Assembly: GCA_963758635.1 (NCBI GenBank)
Contig: CAVWWD010000003.1
Coordinates: 96,001-160,000 of the forward strand
From: an uncultured Candidatus Rokubacteria bacterium
GTDB taxonomy: Bacteria > Methylomirabilota > Methylomirabilia > Rokubacteriales > CSP1-6
Direction: 5' to 3'
Length of the DNA stretch: 64,000 nucleotides
Shown: positions 22,622 to 35,098 of the stretch, in pieces
How the letters are laid out: the number at the start of each line of letters is the position of its first letter
Numbering within the stretch: the first letter of the stretch is position 1
Made by a program: the position numbers and the translations under genes
The notes under the pieces: model-generated
The model's database searches: none
The model's input: the letters and a program-made list of their open reading frames with translations, nothing else
What the model was told of the DNA's origin: nothing

Positions 22622-23871
22622 GTGTCCATCGCGCCCGAACCCGTGCGCGTCATTGCACGCCGTCCGTCTCTTCTTCTCCTCGTCTCGGTCGTCCTCCTCA
22701 CCCTGACCGTGGCCGCCCTCGAATTCCTGCTGGGATCGCGGGGCGTCCTGACCGTCACATGCCTCGCCGCCGGGGTGTTCGACCGTCTCGCCGACGGCGC
22801 GCGCTGGCTCGGCCGGTGGTCGGGCCGTCTGGAGGGCAACGTCGCCGACGCGCCGGCCCCCGATCTCTACCGGCGAGGCCTCGCCGCCGAGCGCGCGGGC
22901 AAGACCGAGACGGCCGCGCGTGACTTCGAGGAGGTGCTGCGGCGCGAGCCCGGGCATGCCGGGGCGCACGGCCGGCTCGCCGACCTCGCGGGTCGGCGCG
23001 GCGACACGCAGGCCGCCCTGACCCACGCGCTCCTCGCCCTGCGCGCGGAGGACAGCGCCGACGCGCTCCTCGCCGCCGGCGATGCCTACGCGGGCGCCGA
23101 CCGGATCGAGGACGCGCTCCAGATGTTCCAGCAGGTGCTGGCCCGCGATCCCGACCACCCGGTCGCGCTCCGGCGCGCGCGCGACACCGCGGTGACGCAC
23201 ACGCGATGGGCGGACGCCCTCCACGTCCAGGAGCGGCTCGTCAAGCTCGTCGGCGCCGCGGAGCGGACGGTCGAGCGCGAATGCCTCGCCGGGATCCACT
23301 ACCAGATCGGCACGAGCCGGCTGGCCGGCGGGGACGCCGCGGGGGCGGTCGGCGCGTTCAGGGACGCGCTGCGCGTGCAGGCCGACTTCGTCCCCGCCCA
23401 CGTCGGGCTCGGCGACGCTCACCAGAAGACGGGCGACGGCGCGCAGGCCCTCCGCGCCTGGGAGCGGGGCCTCGACGCCGCGCCCGGCTCCCTGCCGCTC
23501 CTGCATCGCGTGGAGCACGTGCATCGAGCCGAGGGTCGCCCGCGGCGGATGATCGCGCTCTACGAGCGGGCGGCGGCGCGCTGTCCGGACGACCTCGCGG
23601 TGGCCGTCGCGCTCGGGCGCGTCTACTTCGAGCTGTCCATGCTCGACGAGGCCGCCGATCAGTTCGAGAAGATCGAGGTGCGCGCGCCGTCGCTGCCCGC
23701 GCTGCACGGCTACCTGGGCCGCATCTTCGAGCGGCGCGGGCTCCTCCGCGACGCCTGCGAGGAATACCGCCGCGGGCTCGACGCCACCGGCCCCCTCGAG
23801 TGGCCGCATCGCTGCGCGGCGTGCGGGACCGCCCACGTGGGCTGGGCGGATCGGTGCCCGGCGTGTCGCCG

Positions 23872-23893
<22 letters not shown>
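22622..23893 (+). CDS. Membrane-anchored TPR protein with C-terminal CxxC-x9-CxxC (LapB-like); start uncertain
   Basis: N-terminal TM segment, TPR helices, HRCAACG...WADRCPACRRWNT. Confidence 0.7.
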
Positions 23894-25922
<2,029 letters not shown>

Positions 25923-25925
<3 letters not shown>

Positions 25926-27107
25926 GCCAAGAAGAGCGTCGCCGAGCTGGACTGCTCCGGTCGCCGGATCTTCCTCCGCGCCGACTTCAACGTGCCCCTC
26001 GATGGTGACCGGGTCACCGACGACACCCGGATCACCTCGGTCGTGCCCACCATCGAGCACTGCCTGAAGAGTGGGGCCGCCCTCGTGCTCGCGTCCCACC
26101 TGGGGCGCCCGAAGGGCAAGGCGGATCCGCGCTACTCGCTGCGCCCGGTCGCCGCCCGGCTCGGTGAGCTGCTCGGGCGTCAGGTCGCCCTGGCCCCGGA
26201 TTGCGTGGGGCCCGAGGTGGAAGCCGCGGCCCGCGGGCTCCGCCCGGGCGACGTGTTGCTCCTCGAGAACCTGCGCTTCCACCCGGAGGAAGAGGCCAAT
26301 GACGAGGCGTTCGCCCGGCAGCTCGCGGCGCTCGCCGATCTCTACGTCGACGACGCCTTCGCCGCCGCCCACCGCGCCCACGCGTCGATCGAGGCGGTGA
26401 CGCGCTTCCTTCGGCCCGCCGTGGCCGGGCTCCTGATGAAGCGGGAGCTCGAGGCCCTCGCCCGGATCTTCGATGCGCCGCGGCGCCCCGTGATCGCCGT
26501 GCTCGGCGGCGCGAAGGTCTCCGACAAGCTGGCGCTCGTCGAGCACCTCCTGGACCGGGTCGACGGGCTCGTGATCGGCGGGGGCATGGCGTTCACCTTC
26601 CTCGCCGCGCTCGGCCACGCCGTCGGCCGCTCGCTCCTGGAGCCCGACCGGGTTCCAGCGGCGAGAGTCACGCTCGCCCGCGCGCGACAGCGCGGCGTCG
26701 CCGTGGGGCTGCCGGTCGACGTGGTGGCGGCGAGCTCGCCGGACAGCACGGAAGGCATCCGCACGGTGACGGTCCGCGAGATCCCCGCGGACCTGATGGG
26801 GCTCGACATCGGCGCGGCCACCGTCGCCCGCTTCGAGGCCGCGCTCAAGGGCGCGGGCACCATCGTCTGGAACGGGCCGATGGGCGTCTTCGAGAAGGCG
26901 CCCTTCGCGGCCGGCACGATCGGGGTCGGCCGCGCCGTCGCGGCCTCGCCGGCGTTCAGCGTGATCGGCGGCGGCGACACGATCGCCGCCGTGCAGGCCG
27001 CCGGCGTGGCTTCGAGCATCGGTTACATCTCGACGGCAGGCGGCGCGTTCCTCGAGTACCTGGAGGGTCGGGTGCTTCCGGGCGTCGCCGCCCTCGACGA
27101 CGCGTGA
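25923..27107 (+). CDS. pgk: Phosphoglycerate kinase
   Basis: RADFNVP, SHLGRP, LLENLRF, GGAKVSDK, ISTAGGA. Confidence 0.98.
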
Positions 27108-27118
27108 GGGCGGGCGCG

Positions 27119-27898
27119 ATGCGGGTGCCGCTGATCGTCGCGAACTGGAAGATGCACGGTGGCCTCGCCGAGGGCAAGGAGCTGGCGCAGGCCGTGCGTG
27201 ACGGACTCCGGCGGGCCCGAGGGGCCGAGGTCGTCATCTGCGCTCCGTACACCTCGCTCACGACGGTGGGAGGCGTGCTCGCCGGCTCGCCGATCGGCCT
27301 CGGGGCCCAGAACTGTCACTGGGAGCAGCGGGGCGCGTTCACCGGCGAGGTCTCCGCCGAGATGCTCGCCGAGGCCGGCTGCCGGCTCGTCCTCGTGGGG
27401 CATTCCGAGCGGCGGCACGTCTTCCATGAATCCGACGAGGAGATCGGCAAGAAGGTCGAGGCGTGCCTGCGGGCCGGCCTGCAGCCTCTCCTGTGCGTCG
27501 GCGAGACGGCGGAGGAGCGGCGCCAGGGGCTGACCTTCACCGTCGTCGAGGGCCAGCTCCGGGCCGGGTTCGCGGGGCTGTCCACCGCCGACATCGATCG
27601 CTGCGTGCTCGCCTACGAGCCCGTGTGGGCGATCGGGACCGGCGTCAACGCCACGCCGGGCCAGGCCGCGGAGGTGCACGGCTACCTGCGCGGCCTGCTC
27701 TCGGAGCTGGCTTCGAAGGAGACGGCCCAGCTGATGCGCATCCTGTATGGGGGCAGCGTCAAGGCCGACAACGCGGGCGATCTCGTCACCGAGCCGGACA
27801 TCGACGGCGTCCTCGTCGGGGGCGCGAGCCTGCAGGCGCCCGGCTTCGTCACCATCGTCAAGAAATGCGCGGCCGCGCGAAGCGGCGCCAAGGAGTGA
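27119..27898 (+). CDS. tpiA: Triosephosphate isomerase
   Basis: ANWKM, GHSERR, AYEPVWAIGTG, LYGGSV. Confidence 0.98.
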   Translation: MRVPLIVANWKMHGGLAEGKELAQAVRDGLRRARGAEVVICAPYTSLTTVGGVLAGSPIGLGAQNCHWEQRGAFTGEVSAEMLAEAGCRLVLVGHSERRHVFHESDEEIGKKVEACLRAGLQPLLCVGETAEERRQGLTFTVVEGQLRAGFAGLSTADIDRCVLAYEPVWAIGTGVNATPGQAAEVHGYLRGLLSELASKETAQLMRILYGGSVKADNAGDLVTEPDIDGVLVGGASLQAPGFVTIVKKCAAARSGAKE

Positions 27899-27905
27899 GA
27901 CTTCA

Positions 27906-28247
27906 GTGCTGATACTCCTCATGATCCTGCACGTGCTGGTCTGTCTCGTCATCGTGGGCCTCGTCCTGCTCCAGGCCGGCAAGGGGGCGGACATCGGCTC
28001 CGCCTTCGGAGGGACCGGGAGCCAGGCCGTCTTCGGCTCGATGGGGACGCCCACCGTCCTCGGCAAGGCCACGACGGTGGCGGCGATCCTCTTCATGGTG
28101 ACGTCCTTCGTCCTGGCCAGCCAGGGGGGCAAGCGCGCCAGCACGATCATGCCGGCCACCGCGCCGCCTCCCGCTGCCGCGCCCGCGGCGCCGTCCGCTC
28201 CGACACCCGCCACGCCTCCGCCCGCGACTCCGCCGGCCCAGAAGTAG
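27906..28247 (+). CDS. secG: Preprotein translocase subunit SecG
   Basis: VLLQAGKGADIGSAFGG; follows tpiA. Confidence 0.93.
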   Translation: MLILLMILHVLVCLVIVGLVLLQAGKGADIGSAFGGTGSQAVFGSMGTPTVLGKATTVAAILFMVTSFVLASQGGKRASTIMPATAPPPAAAPAAPSAPTPATPPPATPPAQK

Positions 28248-28256
28248 GCGGTCGGG

Positions 28257-29939
28257 ATGCGCGGTGGGCGGACGTTCTGCGGGCGGACCGGGCGACGGGC
28301 CGCGCTCGCCGTCGTCGCGTGCTGGCTAGGCGGCGCGCTCCTCGCCGGCTGCGGCGGCGAGGTGGAGGGACGGGCCGACGAGGGGGCGGGGGGCGGGCCG
28401 GTCTACGGCGACACCCTCGTCCACTCGCACATCGCGGACATCTCCGGCCTGATTCCCAACATCACGGCCGACGCCGCGTCGCACGAGGTGGGCAACCGGA
28501 TCTACGACGCCCTCATCACGAACGATCGCGAGCTGAACTGGCAGGGCCAGCTCGCCGAGTCGTGGGAGTTCAGCGCGGACTGTCGTGAGCTGACGTTCAA
28601 GCTGCGCCGGGACGTGAAGTGGCACGACGGACAACCGTTCACCGCCGAGGACGTCCGCTTCACGTACGAGGCGATGATCCATCCGAAGACGCCGACGGCG
28701 TATCGCGACGATTTCCTCCAGGTCAAGGACGTGCAGGTCGTGGACCCCCACACGGTGCGCGTCTCCTACGACAAGCCGCACGCCCGCGCGCTCGAGACGT
28801 GGGGCATGAACATGCTGCCCAAGCACCTGCTCGCCAAGGCGGTGGCCGACGGCAAGCTCAAGGAGGCGCCGCAGAACAGCACGCAGCCGGTGGGCACCGG
28901 CCCCTATCGCTTCCGCGAGTGGAAGAGCGGGGAGAAGATCGTCCTCGTCGCCAACCCGGACTACTACGGGGGACGGCCGTACATCGGGCGCCGCGTCTAT
29001 CGCGTCATCCCGAGCCAGGGGACGATCTTCCTCGAGCTGAAGGCGCGGGGCGTGGATCTCTCCTCCCTCACCGCGCTCCAGTACGTCCGCCAGACCGAGT
29101 ATCCGGCGTTCCGCCGCCACTACCACCGGTACAAGTACCCGTCGCCCGGGTTCACGTACCTCGGCCTGAACCTGAAGGACCCGCGCTTCGCGGACCTCCG
29201 CGTGCGCCAGGCGTTCGCCCACGCCATCAACAAGCAGGAGCTCGTCGACGGGGTCGTGCTGGGCATGGCGCGCGACGCCACGGGCCCGATCCGGCCCGGC
29301 ACCTGGGCGTGGACGGACAAGGTCAAGCGCTACGACTACAGCGTGGAGAAGGCGCGGGCCCTCCTCGCCGCGGCGGGCTGGCGGGACAAGAACGGCGACG
29401 GGATCCTGGAGGACGAGCAGGGGAGGCCGTTCAAGTTCACGATCCGCACCAACCAGGGCAACGAGGAGCGCAAGAAGGTCGCGGAGATCATGCAGCAGCG
29501 GCTGAAGGAGGTGGGGGTCTCCACGGAGATCCAGATCATCGAGTGGTCGGCGTTCATCAAGGAGTTCATCCGCAAGCGCCGGTTCGAGGCCATCGTGATG
29601 GGCTGGGCGGTGCCCGTCGATCCCGATCAGTACGTGCTCTGGCACTCCGCGGAGTCCCGCCCGGAAGGCCTCAACCACATCCAGTACGCGAACCCGAGAG
29701 TCGACGCGCTGCTCGAGGCGGGTCGCTCCTCGTGCGTCCGGACGGAGCGCCTCCGGCACTACCACGAGTTGCAGGAGGTCCTGGCCGCGGACCTACCCGT
29801 CATCTTCCTCTACTTCCGCGACGGCCTCGTGGCCGTGGCCTCCCGGGTGCGCGGCGTGGACCCGGGCCCCGCGGGGATCCTCCACAACATGGAGCAGTGG
29901 TACGTGCCCCGCGCTCTCCAGCGGTACACGTCGGGCTAG
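28257..29939 (+). CDS. Peptide/nickel ABC transporter substrate-binding lipoprotein (family 5)
   Basis: LLAGC lipobox, LRRDVKWHDG.PFTAEDV.FT, PVGTGPY. Confidence 0.92.
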   Translation: MRGGRTFCGRTGRRAALAVVACWLGGALLAGCGGEVEGRADEGAGGGPVYGDTLVHSHIADISGLIPNITADAASHEVGNRIYDALITNDRELNWQGQLAESWEFSADCRELTFKLRRDVKWHDGQPFTAEDVRFTYEAMIHPKTPTAYRDDFLQVKDVQVVDPHTVRVSYDKPHARALETWGMNMLPKHLLAKAVADGKLKEAPQNSTQPVGTGPYRFREWKSGEKIVLVANPDYYGGRPYIGRRVYRVIPSQGTIFLELKARGVDLSSLTALQYVRQTEYPAFRRHYHRYKYPSPGFTYLGLNLKDPRFADLRVRQAFAHAINKQELVDGVVLGMARDATGPIRPGTWAWTDKVKRYDYSVEKARALLAAAGWRDKNGDGILEDEQGRPFKFTIRTNQGNEERKKVAEIMQQRLKEVGVSTEIQIIEWSAFIKEFIRKRRFEAIVMGWAVPVDPDQYVLWHSAESRPEGLNHIQYANPRVDALLEAGRSSCVRTERLRHYHELQEVLAADLPVIFLYFRDGLVAVASRVRGVDPGPAGILHNMEQWYVPRALQRYTSG

Positions 29940-29957
29940 AGGCGTCCGTCCGCCTCG

Positions 29958-30951
29958 ATGGTCCTGTTCGCGCTCCGGCGCTTCCTCCTGGCGATTCCCC
30001 TGCTGATCGGCATCACCTTCATCTCGTTCCTGGTCATCCACTTGGCGCCCGGCGAGCCCATCGACGTCCAGACGGGCGACGTGAGCATGCAGAGCACGGC
30101 CCAGGCGCGCCAGGCGCTGCGCGAGCTGTACGGGCTCGACAAGCCCCTGCACGTGCAGTACTGGAGCTGGCTGACGCGCATCGCGCGGCTCGACTTCGGC
30201 CGGTCGTTCCAGCCCGACGGCCGCCCCGTGCTCGCCAAGATCGCGGAGCGGCTGCCCGTCACGCTGCTCCTGAACCTCGTGGAGCTCCTGATCATCCTCG
30301 CGTTCGCGGTGCCGATCGGGGTGCTCTCGGCCACGCGCCAGTACTCCGCCTTCGACCAGGTCACGACGGTGTTCGTCTTCGTCGGATTCGCCACGCCGGA
30401 CTTCTGGCTGGCGCTCCTCCTCATGATGCTGTTCGGCGTGCAGCTCGGCTGGCTGCCCATCTCCGGCCTCCGCTCGCTGAACTGGGAGTACCTCACGTTC
30501 TGGGCCCAGCAGGGCGACTTCCTGAGCCATCTCGTCCTGCCCATCGCGGTGGCCACGTTCGGCGGCCTCGCCGGCTTCTCGCGGTACATGCGGCAGAGCA
30601 TGCTCGAGGTGGTGCGCCAGGACTACATCCAGACCGCGCGCGCCAAGGGGCTCTCGGAGGGCGTGGTCATCGGCAAGCACGCGCTGCGGAACGCGCTCCT
30701 GCCCGTGGTCACGATCCTCGGTCTGTCGCTGCCCGGCCTGATCGGCGGCAGCGTGATCATCGAGTCGATCTTCGCCATCCCGGGCATGGGCCAGCTCATG
30801 GTCCAGGCGGTGTTCGCGCGCGACTATCCGCTGATCATGGGCAACCTCGTCATCGTGGCGACCCTCACCCTGTTCGCCAACCTGATGGCCGACATCTGCC
30901 TACGGGCTCGTCGACCCGCGCATCCGGTTCGCCGGCCGCCGGCGCCGCTGA
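29958..30951 (+). CDS. Peptide ABC transporter permease (OppB-like); +1 frameshift near 30897
   Basis: [21 protein letters not shown]; ends AYGLVDPRI in the next frame. Confidence 0.9.
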
Positions 30952-31841
30952 TGCCGGCCGGCGCGACCGCTTCCCCCGTCGCCCGCGGGGCGCTCCGTCA
31001 GTTCTGGCTCACCTTCCGCCGCAACCGGCTGTCCGTGTGCGGGGCCATCGTCGTCGGGATCCTCGTGCTGCTGGCCGTGCTCGCGCCCGTCATCGCGCCG
31101 TGGGACCCGCACGCGCCCAACACCAAGAAGATCCTGATCGCGCCGTCGGGGAGCCACTGGCTCGGCACCGACCAGCTGGGGCGCGACGTGTTCTCGCGCG
31201 TGCTCTACGGGGCGCGGGTTTCCCTCGCGGTGGGCTTCGTCTCGGTGGGGATCGCCGCCCTCATCGGCATCCTGCTCGGGGCGGCCGCGGGCTATCACGG
31301 GGGCCTCGTCGACGGCGTGATCATGCGCATGGTCGACCTCGTGCTCGTCTTCCCGCGGTTCTTCCTGCTCCTCGCCGTGCTCGCGTTCATCCAGCCGTCC
31401 ATCTGGACGATCATGGCCGTGATCGGGCTCACGGGATGGATGGGGGTGGCCCGGCTGGTGCGCGCGGAGTTCCTGACCCTCAAGGAGCGCGAGTTCGTCA
31501 TCTGGTCCGAGTCGGTGGGGGCGAGCACCCCGCGGGTGATCGTCCGGCACATCCTCCCCAACGCGCTGGCCCCCGTGCTGGTGGCGATGACGCTCGGCAT
31601 CCCCGCGGCCATCCTGACCGAGTCCGGGCTGTCCTTCCTCGGCCTGGGCGTGCAGCCGCCCTACGCGACGTGGGGCAACATCCTCAACGATGGCAAGGAC
31701 TCGATCGAGATCGCCTGGTGGATGACCGTGTACCCCGGGCTGGCGATCCTGATCACCGTCCTCTCCTACAACCTGCTGGGCGAGGGCATCCGCGACGCGC
31801 TCGACCCGCGCCTGCGCCGGGCCGCCGGCCGGCCGAGGTAG
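30951..31841 (+). CDS. Peptide ABC transporter permease (OppC-like)
   Basis: [37 protein letters not shown]. Confidence 0.92.
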   Translation: MPAGATASPVARGALRQFWLTFRRNRLSVCGAIVVGILVLLAVLAPVIAPWDPHAPNTKKILIAPSGSHWLGTDQLGRDVFSRVLYGARVSLAVGFVSVGIAALIGILLGAAAGYHGGLVDGVIMRMVDLVLVFPRFFLLLAVLAFIQPSIWTIMAVIGLTGWMGVARLVRAEFLTLKEREFVIWSESVGASTPRVIVRHILPNALAPVLVAMTLGIPAAILTESGLSFLGLGVQPPYATWGNILNDGKDSIEIAWWMTVYPGLAILITVLSYNLLGEGIRDALDPRLRRAAGRPR

Positions 31842-31872
31842 GGCGCCCGGAGCGCGGGAGCGCGGCGCTCGT

Positions 31873-31902
31873 TTGACAAGCCGCGCGACGGCGCGGCATA
31901 CT
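31873..31902 (+). promoter_or_regulatory. Promoter of tRNA-Leu
   Basis: TTGACA-N18-CATACT. Confidence 0.65.
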
Positions 31903-31916
31903 TTGCCCTCGCTGGC

Positions 31917-32001
<85 letters not shown>

Positions 32002-32024
32002 AGTCCAGCTAACACACCGAATCC

Positions 32025-32708
32025 ATGGTCATCCTCGGCCGGCCCGTCCCCGCGATTCTGCGCGTGAGCCTGCGCGGGATGGCATGCCTGCTCACACTCG
32101 TCGGACTCGCGGCCGGCTGCGCGCCAACGCTTGCCGAGGTCCGCGCAAAACCTCCTGTGCGCATGCTGGAGGTCCCTGGCAGGTACGGCGACCTCGGCGG
32201 CTGCGTTGCCGCCGGGCTGCAAGTGGCGCCGTCCGCAGGCATGTGGGGCCCCCTGAAAACCGGTGATCTTCGGCTCGAGATCGTGCGGCGCGACGATCAG
32301 CAGAGCATGACGTTGACCGCATTCTCCCCGGCCGGCATGAACGTGCCTGCCTTCGACCTCAGCTTCCGGCAGGGCGGAGAGCAGGTAAGGATCGAGCAGC
32401 GGGCGGGTCACATCGGCCGTGCCGTCCTCGACGAGGCGTGGGGGATCGTCCAGCAGTGCGCCACGCGCGCGAGGGCGCGCGTAGGCGCTGAGCGGCCGGG
32501 ACGCGCCCCGAAGCGCCGCCCCCTCGGAGATCATCGTAGAAAGGTTCGGCTGAACCCGGGCGCTCGCCGAAAGGGCGTACCAGGAATGTCCGGATCGGCA
32601 TCGATCGTTCCGGCCGGCCTTGTGGTCTTCCTCCCGTTGACGCCCGCGATCGATCGACCGGAACGTAGCGCTGGGGGCGGTTGGCGCGTCTCTGCGGATG
32701 TGGCATAA
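32025..32708 (+). CDS. Hypothetical lipoprotein-like ORF downstream of the tRNA; boundaries uncertain
   Basis: LVGLAAGC lipobox-like sequence; atypical codon usage; 3' part looks non-coding. Confidence 0.35.
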   Translation: MVILGRPVPAILRVSLRGMACLLTLVGLAAGCAPTLAEVRAKPPVRMLEVPGRYGDLGGCVAAGLQVAPSAGMWGPLKTGDLRLEIVRRDDQQSMTLTAFSPAGMNVPAFDLSFRQGGEQVRIEQRAGHIGRAVLDEAWGIVQQCATRARARVGAERPGRAPKRRPLGDHRRKVRLNPGARRKGVPGMSGSASIVPAGLVVFLPLTPAIDRPERSAGGGWRVSADVA

Positions 32709-32741
32709 TGCGCGCGCCAACGGGGAAAAGGACACGCATTG

Positions 32742-33642
32742 ATGGGAACTTCGCTCCCCCTCCTGGAGTCGCCGGCGCGTCCGGCGTCACCCAAGCCGCC
32801 CTGGCTCAAGGTCCGAGCGCCCGGGGGGCCGCGCTACCTCCGGCTGAAGAGCCTGATGCGCGAGTGGAACCTCCATTCGGTGTGCGAGGAGGCCCACTGC
32901 CCGAACATCGGGGAGTGCTGGGAAGATCTGACCGCCACGTTCATGATCCTCGGCGACGTTTGCACGCGGAACTGTGGCTACTGCGCGGTGACCCACGGCC
33001 GACCGGTGTGGGAAGACCGGGAGGAGCCGGAGCGGGTGGGGCGGGCCGTGCGAGAGCTGGGGCTGGAGCACGCCGTGATCACCTCGGTGAACCGGGACGA
33101 CCTGGCCGACGGCGGCGCCGGTGTCTTCGCGGCCACCGTCCGCGCCATCCGGCGCGAGGCGCCGGGATGCCGGGTCGAGCTGCTCATCCCCGACTTCCAG
33201 GGGCGTGAGGACGCGCTCCGGACGGTGATCGACGCCGGTCCCGACGTGCTCAACCACAACACGGAGACGGTGCCGCGGCTGTACAAGCTGGCCCGGCACG
33301 GCGGCCGGTACGAGCGCACGCTCGATCTGTTCGCCCGGGCTCGCGCCATGGCCCCCGGGCTCCTGACGAAGTCGGGCATCATCCTCGGGCTCGGCGAGGA
33401 GCGCGACGAGCTCCTCGCCACGATGCGCGACCTCCGCGCCGTGGACGTGAACGTGCTCACGCTCGGGCAGTACCTGCGCCCGTCGCCCGCGCCACCTCCC
33501 GGTGGCGCGCTTCTACCATCCGGACGAGTTCCGCGACCTCGGCGACGCCGGGCGGGCGATGGGGTTCGTCCACGTCGAGTCCGGACCGCTCGTGCGGTCC
33601 TCGTACCACGCCAAGCGTCACGTCCCGGGAGGCGGGACCTAG
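32742..33642 (+). CDS. lipA: Lipoyl synthase; +1 frameshift near 33490
   Basis: [36 protein letters not shown] in the next frame. Confidence 0.95.
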
Positions 33643-34010
33643 ATCGGAGTACGTCCCGATCCCCTGCATGGTCTGTTCGCGGTCGGCCTCTGGGTGCGGT
33701 GGTCGGCGTGGCGCGCCTCCTCGGCATCCCGTCGCTCATCGCCCCCAAGCGCCTCACCGCGGTGAAGCTCGAGCCGTTCGAATGCGGCAAGGACCCGGTG
33801 GCCCTCCCCGAGGGCCGGTTCGCCATCAAGTTCTCCACCGTCGCGATCTTCTTCATCATCTTCGACATCGAGCTCCTGTTCGTCTGGCCGTGGGCCGCGC
33901 TGTACCGGCAGCTCGGCTGGTTCGGCTTCGTGGAGATGATGGTGTTCCTTGGCATCCTCATGGTGGGGTTTCTCTACATCTGGCAGAAGCGAGGGCTCAC
34001 ATGGGAGTAG
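33643..34010 (+). CDS. nuoA: NADH-quinone oxidoreductase subunit A (cluster 2); 5' end garbled by several indels
   Basis: KLEPFECG, FFIIFDIELLFVWPWA, GLTWE. Confidence 0.85.
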
Positions 34011-34459
34011 GCAGCTTCTTCACGGGCAAGCTGGACGAGGCGCTCGGCTGGGCGCGCAAGTACTCCATCTTCCAGTACCCGTTTGTGACGGCGTGCTGCG
34101 GGATGGAATACATGGCGACGGCCTGCTCCCACTACGACGTTGACCGCTTCGGGGCCGGCCTGCCCCGCTTCTCGCCCCGCCAGGCCGACGTGCTCTTCGT
34201 GGTTGGCACGATCAGCCACAAGATGGCGCCGGTGCTCAAGCGCATCTACGACCAGATGTGCGAGCCCAAGTGGGTGGTGGCGTTCGGTGTCTGCACGTGC
34301 ACGGGCGGCTTCTACAACAACTACGCCACCGTGCAGGGGATCGACACCATCATCCCCGTGGACGTGTACATCCCCGGCTGTCCGCCGCGTCCAGAGAGCG
34401 TCATCGACGGGCTGATGAAGCTCCAGGACAAGATCGCGACGGGCACCCAGCGCTTCTAG
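34001..34459 (+). CDS. nuoB: NADH-quinone oxidoreductase subunit B (cluster 2)
   Basis: FVTACCGMEYM, SPRQAD, VDVYIPGCPPRPE. Confidence 0.95.
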   Translation: MGVGSFFTGKLDEALGWARKYSIFQYPFVTACCGMEYMATACSHYDVDRFGAGLPRFSPRQADVLFVVGTISHKMAPVLKRIYDQMCEPKWVVAFGVCTCTGGFYNNYATVQGIDTIIPVDVYIPGCPPRPESVIDGLMKLQDKIATGTQRF

Positions 34460-34514
34460 CGGCCCGCCGCGGGCGCGGGCTCACCGCCGGGCCCGGGAGG
34501 AGACACCCGACCGT

Positions 34515-35012
34515 ATGGATGGACAGGCGATTCTTGCGCGGCTCCGCGAGCGCTTCGGCGATCGCGTGCTCGAGACCCACGACCACCGCGGGGATCACAC
34601 CGCGGTCTTCGGCGTGGGGGTCATCGCGGAGGCGCTCGCCTTGTGCCGGGACGACGCGGCGCTCCGGTTCGACGTGCTCATGGACCTGACCGCGGTGGAC
34701 TACCTCCAGTTCCCGGGCCGCGAGGACGGGCCGCGCTTCGACGTGGTCTATCACCTGTACTCCATGACGCACAACCATCGGGTCCGGCTCAAGGTGCCCG
34801 TGGAGCAGGACGACCCGCAGGTGCCCACCGTCTCCGACCTGTGGCCCATCGCGAACTGGCTGGAGCGCGAGGTGTGGGACATGTTCGGCATCCGGTTCGC
34901 CGGCCATCCGGACCTCCGGCGCCTGCTCCTCTACGAGGAGTTCGTCGGACACCCGTTGCGCAAGGACTACCCGATCGAGCGCCGGCAACCCCTGATAGGG
35001 CCTGTAGTGTGA
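34515..35012 (+). CDS. nuoC: NADH-quinone oxidoreductase subunit C (cluster 2)
   Basis: ANWLEREVWDMFGI.F.GHPDLRR..GHPLRKDYP. Confidence 0.95.
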   Translation: MDGQAILARLRERFGDRVLETHDHRGDHTAVFGVGVIAEALALCRDDAALRFDVLMDLTAVDYLQFPGREDGPRFDVVYHLYSMTHNHRVRLKVPVEQDDPQVPTVSDLWPIANWLEREVWDMFGIRFAGHPDLRRLLLYEEFVGHPLRKDYPIERRQPLIGPVV

Positions 35013-35098
35013 CTTGCTTTTGCGAGGTGAGCCGAAGGCGAGCCGAGCGCACATGGGGATGATGTGGAAACGACCGTAGACCAGCGAGTGCCGACCGC
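35004..35098 (+). repeat. Family B element (single unit)
   Basis: GTAGTG...GCGAGCCGAGCGCACATGGGGATGATGTGGAAACGACCG..GCGAGTGCC. Confidence 0.8.

Noticed and set aside
33643..33720. Degraded nuoA 5' end as inactivation of cluster 2
   Set aside because: It reads as a burst of inserted bases over a recognisable MEYVPI..VFAV start, and the rest of the operon is intact, so a low-quality patch is more likely
32739..34010. Apparent LipA-NuoA fusion, and likewise NuoI-NuoJ, OppB-OppC and beta-helix-methyltransferase fusions in the ORF track
   Set aside because: Artefacts of the indels; each upstream gene has its natural C-terminus and stop in the shifted frame
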